Both the position numbers and the translations under genes were made by a program. A stretch of DNA of 50,843 nt, from the IMG/VR virus record IMGVR_UViG_3300045988_175861; one strand, given 5' to 3'. Every line of letters starts with the position of its first letter. Position 1 is the first letter of the stretch. The notes below the pieces were generated by a model that did not search any database, had not been told where the DNA came from, and saw nothing but the letters and a program-made list of their open reading frames with translations. Shown here one piece after another: positions 27,310 to 35,073 of this stretch. The stretch is from a virus.

Positions 27310-29061
27310 ATGAAATACTTATTAATCACACTTGGTCATGGCTCATCAGCAATTTATATTGACGATGAAAAGAAAACAGTTATAGGGTACGAACAAGAAC
27401 GTCTATCTGGCATTAAGGCAGATAGCCAATTTCCTAAAGATGCGATAAATGAGATTATAAATAATGTTGGCTATATGGAAATGAAAGGCTGCAACATTTT
27501 TATTTCGCATTGGTTTAATCATCAAGATTCGCCAGCAGATATACTATATAACAAGTATATACAGGAGATTGATGCTATGAACCTAAGAGCATTATCTAGT
27601 AACATAATGCAAGTGAATAAATCATTTTCGCATCATGATGCACATGCGTATAGTGCATTGTCGTTCTTAAAATACAATAGGCCGTCATATAATAAGGAGA
27701 CTTATACGATTGTTGCAGATGGGTTTGGTAACAATGAAGAAGTATTATCGGTATATAAATCTGAAATAAATAATATAATGAGCCCTAAACTCGTATTAAG
27801 AGTTTCAGATTATAGAGCATCACTCGGTCTTATGTACCAATACGCTACTTCATTTTGTGGCATGAAAGAAAATCAAGATGAGTACAAGTTCCTAGGCTAC
27901 GAATCACATATAGATGAAGTGCTGTCGTTAGAAATGATTGATGCATTAGATTTTTATGTAGAAGATAATGTGAAAACACTGGAATCGTATGTACGCGGAG
28001 AAATGCTAAAAAAGTCTGCTGATAGAACAGTATGTAGAGAATGCAATCCAGATATGCTCATAGACACAAGTATGCTATTTGATGTAAGAATGCATTGGTA
28101 TGATATATTTAAAGAAGTGCTAAATATAGCAAACATAGATGTAAACGATACATTCAAAGTAAGATGTGTCATAGCTTACTTTATACAGCAATCAATAGAA
28201 ATATTCTTTGTGAGGCTTATAAATGAATTCAATATGCGAAATGTTTGCTTGGCTGGTGGATGCTTTTATAATGTTAAGCTTAACAACATAATATTAAGCA
28301 GAATAGCAGGTAACCTATGCATAATGCCATTGGCAGGCGACCAAGGAGCAGCAATTGGGATGTATACAGCATTTTCTAGAAAAATATTCAACTTTGGCAA
28401 TTTATGCTTTGGCAAACGACGTTTATACAATATTGAAAAATATGAAAGAAATAATGTAAAGGTTGTAAATTTAAAAACTCCTGGCATAATACAATCGATT
28501 GCAAGAGATATTTGTGATGGCAATATCGTAAATGTTGTGAGAGAAAACATGGAATTTGGTCCACGAGCTTTGTGTTCAACATCTAGTTTATTTCTGCCGA
28601 CTACTGAGAATGTTGCTAGAAACAATATGATGAATAAACGCAATGAGGTTATGCCATGCGCTCCTGTAATTTTATCAGGAAATGCGCATACTATGTTTTA
28701 TAGCAAAGATTTATCAAGAGTTATTGGTAGCTCAAAATATATGATTTGTACATTCGACTATATTAAGAAGTACTCTAAGCAGTATGGTGGCGTAATGCAT
28801 AAAAAGCCTTTAGAGAATGTATATACAGGAAGACCGCAAATCATTGAACCTGATTATATTGATACTGAAAATGATTTTATGTACAATTTGCTAACTGCTG
28901 TTGAAGATATATGTGATGCAAAATGCCTAGTTAATACAAGCTTCAATGCTCATGGCCGCCCAATTGTATTTGACACGATGGATATTATCCATAATTTCAA
29001 TTTTCAATGCGAGCATTCTCCATCTAACAAACAACCTATCTTATATATAATTAAAGGTTAA
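27310..29061 (+). CDS. NodU/CmcH/TobZ-family carbamoyltransferase
   Basis: 583 aa. N-domain motifs LGHGSSAIY, FSHHDAHAYSA and VADGFGNNE. C-domain motifs EFGPRALCSTS, KRNEVMPCAPV and VNTSFNAHGRPIV. All match the Carbam_trans_N and Carbam_trans_C signatures as I know them. Confidence 0.85.
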   Translation: MKYLLITLGHGSSAIYIDDEKKTVIGYEQERLSGIKADSQFPKDAINEIINNVGYMEMKGCNIFISHWFNHQDSPADILYNKYIQEIDAMNLRALSSNIMQVNKSFSHHDAHAYSALSFLKYNRPSYNKETYTIVADGFGNNEEVLSVYKSEINNIMSPKLVLRVSDYRASLGLMYQYATSFCGMKENQDEYKFLGYESHIDEVLSLEMIDALDFYVEDNVKTLESYVRGEMLKKSADRTVCRECNPDMLIDTSMLFDVRMHWYDIFKEVLNIANIDVNDTFKVRCVIAYFIQQSIEIFFVRLINEFNMRNVCLAGGCFYNVKLNNIILSRIAGNLCIMPLAGDQGAAIGMYTAFSRKIFNFGNLCFGKRRLYNIEKYERNNVKVVNLKTPGIIQSIARDICDGNIVNVVRENMEFGPRALCSTSSLFLPTTENVARNNMMNKRNEVMPCAPVILSGNAHTMFYSKDLSRVIGSSKYMICTFDYIKKYSKQYGGVMHKKPLENVYTGRPQIIEPDYIDTENDFMYNLLTAVEDICDAKCLVNTSFNAHGRPIVFDTMDIIHNFNFQCEHSPSNKQPILYIIKG

Positions 29062-29065
29062 TGCT

Positions 29066-29710
29066 ATGAAAAATACGTACTTCGTAGTTTTCTCTGGTGG
29101 TTGTTACAGTGGGAAAACAACTACCATGCAGAAATTCACAAAAGCTCTTGAGAATAAAGGAGTTAAAGTAAAAGTTTTAGATGAGATTGTAAGGAAGCAC
29201 AAGATACAATCTATTGATAAACTGAGAAAAAACCCAGTAGCTTATCTTGATTTTCAAAACAGAATAATAAATGAGAAAATAGAAGCTGAGTTATCATGCC
29301 TCAATGAAAATAGAAAACAAGTTGTAGTTTGTGATAGAGCAATTACTGATTCACTCTTCTATTTGCTATTCTATGTTGACAAAGCAAATTTGAATGAAGA
29401 GCAAATGGCACTCTACGCAAATTTGTATGAAAGTATAGACCAATATGCGAAAAGAGCATTCAGCGAGATATATGATTTGTTAATAGAATTTAAGCCAATC
29501 AATAAAAATGAAACTTATGATTCATACAGGCCAAAAAATATTAGCATAAATAAATATATTGAGTATAAGATGATAAACACTTTGAATGATGCTTACATGA
29601 ACACTTCTACAGACTTACAGGCTTTATATCTCGATTTGAATAAAGGCTCTTACGATGATTTACTTGAAGTAATAACGAATAATATTGCAAAACGATATGA
29701 CAAAGATTAA
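29066..29710 (+). CDS. P-loop nucleotide kinase-like protein (dNMP kinase or DNA 5-hydroxymethyl-pyrimidine kinase candidate)
   Basis: 214 aa. Walker A FSGGCYSGKTT, then VVVCDRAITDSLFY, which resembles the DR...D..Y lid region of dNK/AAA_28-type kinases. Confidence 0.6.
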   Translation: MKNTYFVVFSGGCYSGKTTTMQKFTKALENKGVKVKVLDEIVRKHKIQSIDKLRKNPVAYLDFQNRIINEKIEAELSCLNENRKQVVVCDRAITDSLFYLLFYVDKANLNEEQMALYANLYESIDQYAKRAFSEIYDLLIEFKPINKNETYDSYRPKNISINKYIEYKMINTLNDAYMNTSTDLQALYLDLNKGSYDDLLEVITNNIAKRYDKD

Positions 29711-30518
29711 ACATTTTAACAAGTTGAATGAATATATAACAAGCAATACTTGGAGAGTGTTCTTCAACCAGTTCTTAGACCAAATTCCGTACTCTGAATT
29801 AAGAGATAAGGAATATCTGGAAGTTATTGGAGCTACTTACAGAATACTGCCTGAAAACTATTTAATGAGTAATAACTCATCTTTAATCAATCCTAAAAAG
29901 TTATATGCATTGTTCAAATGGTATAAAAAAGGAGATAGCAAAGACACATCCATAGTACAATATTTTCCTGAATATGAGCATCGTGTTGATTTTTTCCATA
30001 GCGACTTCAATTCTAACTACGGAATATACGCATATAAGAAAAAAGGAATTGTAAGATGCGCGCATGAGCTGATTAAAAACAGAAATTCAAGACAAGCTTG
30101 CTTTATGATAAACAATAATGAAGCAATGTCTGAAGATTCTATTGATAAACTATGCACTAATGCTATAATGTTCTTCATAAGAGACAACATGCTCAACATG
30201 TGCATACAGATGCGCTCATCTAATATACTCACAATGCTTCCATACGACATATTTATGTTCTGTGTGTTCTATTATCAGGTTTTAGAAATGGTATCGTCAA
30301 AATACCATGACTTAGATACAGGTGTTATAACTATGCAAGTTGGCTCTCTTCACATGTACAAAAAAGATATGGAAGAAATAAAAAGTACAAAGCCTTTATT
30401 AAAAATTGGAATTGATGGCTCATATTTATATGGTGGTATGATACCTTATAGATACGCGCATACGAAGATTACTCCAGCGATTGAAAATATTCTCAAACAA
30501 CTAGCTGAAAATGGATGA
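29685..30518 (+). CDS. Thymidylate-synthase-fold pyrimidine C5 transferase, paralogue 1 (dCMP hydroxymethylase/methylase candidate)
   Basis: 277 aa. SNYGIYAY (YGxQW region), NSRQACFMINN (SRR...WNP region), catalytic-Cys segment KLCTNAIMFF, QMRSSNILTMLPYDI (aligns to QRSCDVFLGLPFNI) and GSLHMYKKD. Asp replaces the Asn177-equivalent residue. Confidence 0.75.
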   Translation: MQNDMTKIKHFNKLNEYITSNTWRVFFNQFLDQIPYSELRDKEYLEVIGATYRILPENYLMSNNSSLINPKKLYALFKWYKKGDSKDTSIVQYFPEYEHRVDFFHSDFNSNYGIYAYKKKGIVRCAHELIKNRNSRQACFMINNNEAMSEDSIDKLCTNAIMFFIRDNMLNMCIQMRSSNILTMLPYDIFMFCVFYYQVLEMVSSKYHDLDTGVITMQVGSLHMYKKDMEEIKSTKPLLKIGIDGSYLYGGMIPYRYAHTKITPAIENILKQLAENG

Positions 30519-30771
30519 TAATACCGATTTGCTGCTAAAATATGCCAAACAGAATAATGATTTTCTGAGGGCTATATACTCTCTTACAAAGCAAAATAAT
30601 GAATTGTTGAAATATATAAAGCAAGAGATAGATAAAGAATTTAGCTTAGAAAATCTCATAAAAGTGGAAAGCGTTATTTTTGTAGCAAATATAGTTGCTA
30701 ATATATTTTCAAACATTTTATATCATGATTTATTAGAAGACAAAAGTAAGTATAACAAAAAGCAAAAATGA
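30511..30771 (+). CDS. Hypothetical protein
   Basis: 86-aa ORF that overlaps both neighbours by a few nt. Confidence 0.55.
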   Translation: MDDNTDLLLKYAKQNNDFLRAIYSLTKQNNELLKYIKQEIDKEFSLENLIKVESVIFVANIVANIFSNILYHDLLEDKSKYNKKQK

Positions 30772-31265
30772 TTATGAAATTCTTAAAAACAAGAAATGTG
30801 AAAAGCCCAGTAAGAGGCACTGATAAGTCAGCAGGAATTGATTTTTTCATTCCAGAAGATTTTGAAATAATGAGATTATTTCCTGGTGACGATGTGCTCA
30901 TTCCGTCTGGAATTAAAGCCAATTTGCCAGAAGGTTTCATGCTGATGGCCGCAGACAAATCAGGTGTTGTTACATCAGAAAATGCTGTACTTAAAAGTGG
31001 AAGAGAGCCTAAAAAGGGCGCATTCAATTCAAATTTGATAATTGGCGCAAAGATTGTTGATGAAGACTATCAAGGAGAAATACACATACATTTAATAAAT
31101 GTTGGTAAGCATGAAGTTATGCTAAAACCTGGTATGAAGATTGCACAATTTATCTTAGTGCCAGTTGCATATGCTGCTTTAGAAGAAGTCGATAGCGAAA
31201 CTGAATTGTTCGATGCTAAGACAGCAAGAGCAGATGGTGGTTTTGGCTCTACAGATAAACGATAA
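30768..31265 (+). CDS. dUTPase-family (trimeric) nucleotide pyrophosphatase
   Basis: 165 aa with all five motifs: SAGIDFF, DKSGV, AKIVDEDYQGEI, MKIAQF and RADGGFGSTD. It has about 14 extra residues between motifs 2 and 3 relative to E. coli Dut as I recall that sequence. Confidence 0.85.
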   Translation: MIMKFLKTRNVKSPVRGTDKSAGIDFFIPEDFEIMRLFPGDDVLIPSGIKANLPEGFMLMAADKSGVVTSENAVLKSGREPKKGAFNSNLIIGAKIVDEDYQGEIHIHLINVGKHEVMLKPGMKIAQFILVPVAYAALEEVDSETELFDAKTARADGGFGSTDKR

Positions 31266-31278
31266 CACATAAGGTTTT

Positions 31279-31345
31279 ATTCTAGAGAGGCTTTTTATTA
31301 GGTCTAATATATTTCATTCTCAATTTGATTTAGCCTCTCTAGAAT
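31279..31345. promoter_or_regulatory. 14-bp perfect inverted repeat with 39-nt spacer
   Basis: ATTCTAGAGAGGCT (31279-31292) pairs with AGCCTCTCTAGAAT (31332-31345). No flanking T-tract. It lies between the dUTPase-family gene and the next ORF. Confidence 0.6.
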
Positions 31346-31375
31346 AGCCTAAGATAACTTAACTTATTTAAACAA

Positions 31376-31705
31376 ATGCATATGAAAACTATAATCGTAT
31401 GTTTAATGCTACTACTTGCTAATAGCTCATTTGCTCAAATATATATTGAAGATATTGATGAGAAAATAGAGCAATTGGTACAACAGAATAGAATACTGCT
31501 ACAAAAAGCTGATAGCCTTAATAAGCAATTAAAAATCATAATTGCAAGCAGACAAGAAGGTGATGCAATGATAAAAGCAAGACAGAATGAGATAAATTCT
31601 TTACTAGGAATAGTAAAAGTCAATATCGATATGATGTATGCTTTGCAAGATAGAAAAAGAATACTTCAACAGATAGAAAGCAATGGATGCAATAGTAATA
31701 AATAA
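31376..31705 (+). CDS. Secreted coiled-coil protein
   Basis: 109 aa. Signal-peptide-like N terminus MHMKTIIVCLMLLLANSSFAQ, then heptad-like sequence. Confidence 0.6.
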   Translation: MHMKTIIVCLMLLLANSSFAQIYIEDIDEKIEQLVQQNRILLQKADSLNKQLKIIIASRQEGDAMIKARQNEINSLLGIVKVNIDMMYALQDRKRILQQIESNGCNSNK

Positions 31706-31910
31706 TGTAATGCATGAATTATTGCTTAATAAAGATTTTATGCCTGGAAATGTAGCAATAAAAATGTGTGATATGTGTTCATTAAAAAGTTATTGTTGGA
31801 ACTTAAGCATTCCTGATATATGCGATACTTTGATAATGCAAGATGAGCATAAAAATGATTACAGGATGTTTAGAGAAATTGGCAAATTGCAAGGTTATTT
31901 CTTAGAATAA
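31683..31910 (+). CDS. Hypothetical Cys-rich protein
   Basis: 75-aa ORF with CDMCSLKSYCWNLSIPDIC. Confidence 0.5.
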   Translation: MDAIVINNVMHELLLNKDFMPGNVAIKMCDMCSLKSYCWNLSIPDICDTLIMQDEHKNDYRMFREIGKLQGYFLE

Positions 31911-31927
31911 TTAAACATAAAAAATGT

Positions 31928-32356
31928 ATGGCAAGAAAAACAGTGAATATTGACCCTCTTATAAATTCAGATTTATTCCTTAAGTTTGCAGGTCATTTTG
32001 CAGATAAGTTTAAAAAGCAAAATGGGTTTGGCAAATGGCTTGAAGAGTATAAGAGAATGGACAAACAAGGATTGTTCGAACCAGAGAAACTAAGGCAACA
32101 ATATATTCAAGTTATTAACAATAATTATAGACTTGGATTTGTACATAAACAAGCGATTGTGTATATTTGTGTACAAGCACTTGATGCCGTAAAATTTGGC
32201 ATAGAAACTAAGAATTATAGCATTTATGTAATATCAGGTGAAATAGCTATTGATGACAATGGATTGGAACTTAAAAATCTTAAGCATGATGACGCAATAA
32301 CTATTTGCAAATCTATGAATGAAGAAGCAGAAGAAGAATTATTTTATGTAAAGTAG
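31928..32356 (+). CDS. Hypothetical protein
   Basis: 142-aa ORF that starts with ATGGCAA. Confidence 0.65.
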   Translation: MARKTVNIDPLINSDLFLKFAGHFADKFKKQNGFGKWLEEYKRMDKQGLFEPEKLRQQYIQVINNNYRLGFVHKQAIVYICVQALDAVKFGIETKNYSIYVISGEIAIDDNGLELKNLKHDDAITICKSMNEEAEEELFYVK

Positions 32357-32361
32357 CAACT

Positions 32362-33060
32362 ATGATAGACAATACTATTAAAAACTTAATATTCTTAGAT
32401 GCAACTGATGCGTTTGAATATTTGTATGAATACATAATGAAATATGGAAAAAATACAAATATAGGGACTAAAGCTATATATAACGCTGGGTTTTATATAG
32501 CACAACCGCAAAGAAGACTTATAGAAACTAGATGGAGGAAATTCAGTATAACCTATGCAGAAAGAGAATGGCAATGGTATTTATCGCAAAATAGAAGTGT
32601 CAAAGACATAAAGAAATATGCCAAGATTTGGGATAAAATGCATGGAGGAGACAATATAGTCAATTCAAACTATGGTTGGCAATGGAACCGCAATGCACAG
32701 CTTGGAAAATGTATAGAACAATTAAAGGCAAACAAAAATACACGCCAAGCTTGGCTTACAATATTTGATGGTAAAGAAAAAGATGATTATGAATTTGACA
32801 CACCATGTACATTGTCTATAGGCTTTGATATACTACAAAATGAAAATGGCGATGATTTTCTCAATATGTGTGTAAACATGCGGTCTAATGATTTGATTTA
32901 TGGTTTTTGCAATGACCAATATTGTTTTTCTATGTTACAAGAATACGTTGCAAAAAAACTAGGTATCCGTGTAGGAACATATTATCATTTTGTTCATGAT
33001 TTACATATCTACGAAAAGCATTATAACTTAAAAGAAAAATATTATGAAAAAACTAGGTAA
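32362..33060 (+). CDS. Thymidylate-synthase-fold pyrimidine C5 transferase, paralogue 2
   Basis: 232 aa. NYGWQWN, NTRQAWLTIFD, catalytic-Cys segment DTPCTLSIGF, NMRSNDLIYGFCNDQY (aligns to QRSCDVFLGLPFNIAS) and DLHIYEKHY. Asp again sits at the Asn177-equivalent position. Confidence 0.8.
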   Translation: MIDNTIKNLIFLDATDAFEYLYEYIMKYGKNTNIGTKAIYNAGFYIAQPQRRLIETRWRKFSITYAEREWQWYLSQNRSVKDIKKYAKIWDKMHGGDNIVNSNYGWQWNRNAQLGKCIEQLKANKNTRQAWLTIFDGKEKDDYEFDTPCTLSIGFDILQNENGDDFLNMCVNMRSNDLIYGFCNDQYCFSMLQEYVAKKLGIRVGTYYHFVHDLHIYEKHYNLKEKYYEKTR

Positions 33061-33229
33061 AATTTTATGGGATTGTTTATGCTTTTTATATTTTTTCGTC
33101 TATGCATTAGGCTGGTTACTTCATAAAGTAGCAAGATTCCTATTAGCTATTAGCTATTATATTATGTTACAAAAAAGACCAGCAAATGATATTATGGAAA
33201 GCTTATTCAAATTCAGTAAATGGTTTTAA
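33044..33229 (+). CDS. Small membrane protein
   Basis: 61 aa with two hydrophobic segments (ILWDCLCFLYFFVYALGWLL, FLLAISYYIML). Confidence 0.5.
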   Translation: MKKLGKILWDCLCFLYFFVYALGWLLHKVARFLLAISYYIMLQKRPANDIMESLFKFSKWF

Positions 33230-33243
33230 AGTAGATTACGTGT

Positions 33244-34149
33244 ATGGCAATTACTAATAAAGAAGCAGCAAAATTCCTTCATGAAATAGAAGATTCAGAT
33301 TCTGAATATGACTCGCAGATGAAGGAAGAGATACGCAAGATACAAATTGAAGAAATGCAGGATGACCTTCTGCCAGAAGAAATGATGTCTGACAGGGCTT
33401 GGGGTTTTACTGTAAAGGCAGAAAGAGACGACAGCGGAGAGATGGTACGCGACGAATCTGGCAGACTTGTAATTACTAAAAGACCTGTCTTGTATGAAGA
33501 GAAAAAGAAAGAATGGGAAAATTACCTCATTAAAAAGAAGCAATTTGCAGAAAAGAACCAAGTAGCGAGTGAAAAGAGGCGTCTGCAAATCAAAAGAGAC
33601 GCGCTTGAAAATAACCTGAAAGACCTGAACAAAAGCCTGACGACTGAAGACAAAAAGATAATAATCAGTATAATGTCGGCTAAGTACCAGAACCTCATGG
33701 ATAAATCTCTCAATTACATTAATAATAGAATTGAGACACTGCTGAAGCCATATATTCCGCATATTGTGAAAAGCTGTTGGGCACAATATCCTGATATATT
33801 TAAAATAAATGACGGGTTCATGTATGAAGCTAGTAAAGAATATGGCAAATCTCTTGCTATATGGGTTACTCCTAACATTCCATTTTTCTTTTCAAAAGGA
33901 ACCGAAATGGATATGCTAAGAGAAACTAGTAGCGAATTTCTTTTCTACATTGATAAAGCAGTTGTTGCATATTATGAGCATAGAGACAAGTTAATTGATA
34001 TGCAATCCAAATATGCATTCAGGCTTACTAAGATTGATACATTTTTAAAGTTAGTTGAAAAGCATCCATTCTGGTATGACAAGTATGTCAAATGGCAAGA
34101 GCAGCAAAAAGTGATTAAAGAAATTGAAGATAAAAAACTTTCCTGTTAA
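33244..34149 (+). CDS. Hypothetical protein (last gene of the modification operon)
   Basis: 301-aa ORF with an acidic N-terminal half. A strong hairpin terminator follows. Confidence 0.7.
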   Translation: MAITNKEAAKFLHEIEDSDSEYDSQMKEEIRKIQIEEMQDDLLPEEMMSDRAWGFTVKAERDDSGEMVRDESGRLVITKRPVLYEEKKKEWENYLIKKKQFAEKNQVASEKRRLQIKRDALENNLKDLNKSLTTEDKKIIISIMSAKYQNLMDKSLNYINNRIETLLKPYIPHIVKSCWAQYPDIFKINDGFMYEASKEYGKSLAIWVTPNIPFFFSKGTEMDMLRETSSEFLFYIDKAVVAYYEHRDKLIDMQSKYAFRLTKIDTFLKLVEKHPFWYDKYVKWQEQQKVIKEIEDKKLSC

Positions 34150-34173
34150 TACTCCATACATTTTTAATTCTAA

Positions 34174-34212
34174 AAAGCCGACGGTCTGTGAAGATAGTCG
34201 GCTTTGCTTTTT
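34174..34212. terminator. Bidirectional hairpin terminator with GGTCTGTGAAGATA loop
   Basis: 9-bp stem AAAGCCGAC/GTCGGCTTT, 14-nt loop, T-tract on the + strand and A-tract upstream. It lies between convergent genes. Confidence 0.75.
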
Positions 34213-34281
34213 GCATTAAAATCGTTCCAGGAGAAAAAGCCATTTTGGCTCTGGGAAGTACGGTCAGGGGGCCTGGGATGA

Positions 34282-34728
34282 TTATTTCTTTACTGCTTTC
34301 CAAAGATGGTAAATACTGCCTTTCTCTGTTTGAATATACTGTTTTCCATAATCATTGTAAAGAATTTTGCACACCTGTGGCTCTAATGGTGGTTTACAAG
34401 TGTTTGCATATCTTACTGTGCATTCACTGCTTATTCCATCCCAATTTATCTGCAAATACCAATTATTGAACAAATCAATATATAGATTGTATTGAAATTC
34501 ATCTTCTTCATATGGGATGAATAGAGCTTCTATGAGACCATTTCTTTCATCCAAATAGCACCAATCGTCATCTATATGAAAGCCATTCTGGAAGCGCCTA
34601 TTTATATCATAGACAAACTTCATATTTGCTTCATCAATCATAGGTTCATCATCTTTCATGTAGAAAAATGCATCATTTGGAATTATGACCCGCTCTGCAT
34701 GGTCATAATTCATAGAATAATTTGCCAT
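34282..34728 (-). CDS. Hypothetical acidic protein (leftward early module)
   Basis: 148-aa ORF that starts with ATGGCAA, with a TATATTTA box about 90 nt upstream on the minus strand. Preferred over the overlapping + strand ORFs. Confidence 0.65.
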   Translation of the reverse strand: MANYSMNYDHAERVIIPNDAFFYMKDDEPMIDEANMKFVYDINRRFQNGFHIDDDWCYLDERNGLIEALFIPYEEDEFQYNLYIDLFNNWYLQINWDGISSECTVRYANTCKPPLEPQVCKILYNDYGKQYIQTEKGSIYHLWKAVKK

Positions 34729-34817
34729 AATTTTTTACTGTCTATCTGTGTATTATTCATCTAGTAATATGCAATATTTTTTACTGCAGCCTAGACTACA
34801 GGCTACATTTTAACATG

Positions 34818-34825
34818 TAAATATA
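34818..34825 (-). promoter_or_regulatory. -7-like promoter box (TATATTTA on the minus strand)
   Basis: The reverse complement of TAAATATA lies upstream of the 34728 start. A TTTTCTGTTAAT element sits at 34852. Confidence 0.4.
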
Positions 34826-35073
34826 GAAAAAATATTTGAATAACCAAAGAATTTTCTGTTAATTATTTGTTAAATATTATAAAGCCACATTCAATATAAA
34901 AATCAGGCATTGCTAATATCTTATCTAGATATTAACCAGCATACTAGATTTAGCCTAGATTTAATTTAAATACAAGAAACGATAAAACCCATTGGAAATT
35001 ATAAAAGTTTCTAGAAATAGCCCAAAATGACCTAAATTGAGTAGAAATATTATGTTTAATATAAATGGAGGCA

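Noticed and set aside
34188-34764. + strand ORFs 34188..34469 and 34576..34764 overlapping the leftward 148-aa gene
   Set aside because: The first starts inside the terminator hairpin and encodes a Cys/Leu/His-rich sequence that looks implausible. The minus-strand ORF has a promoter box, an ATGGCAA start and normal composition.
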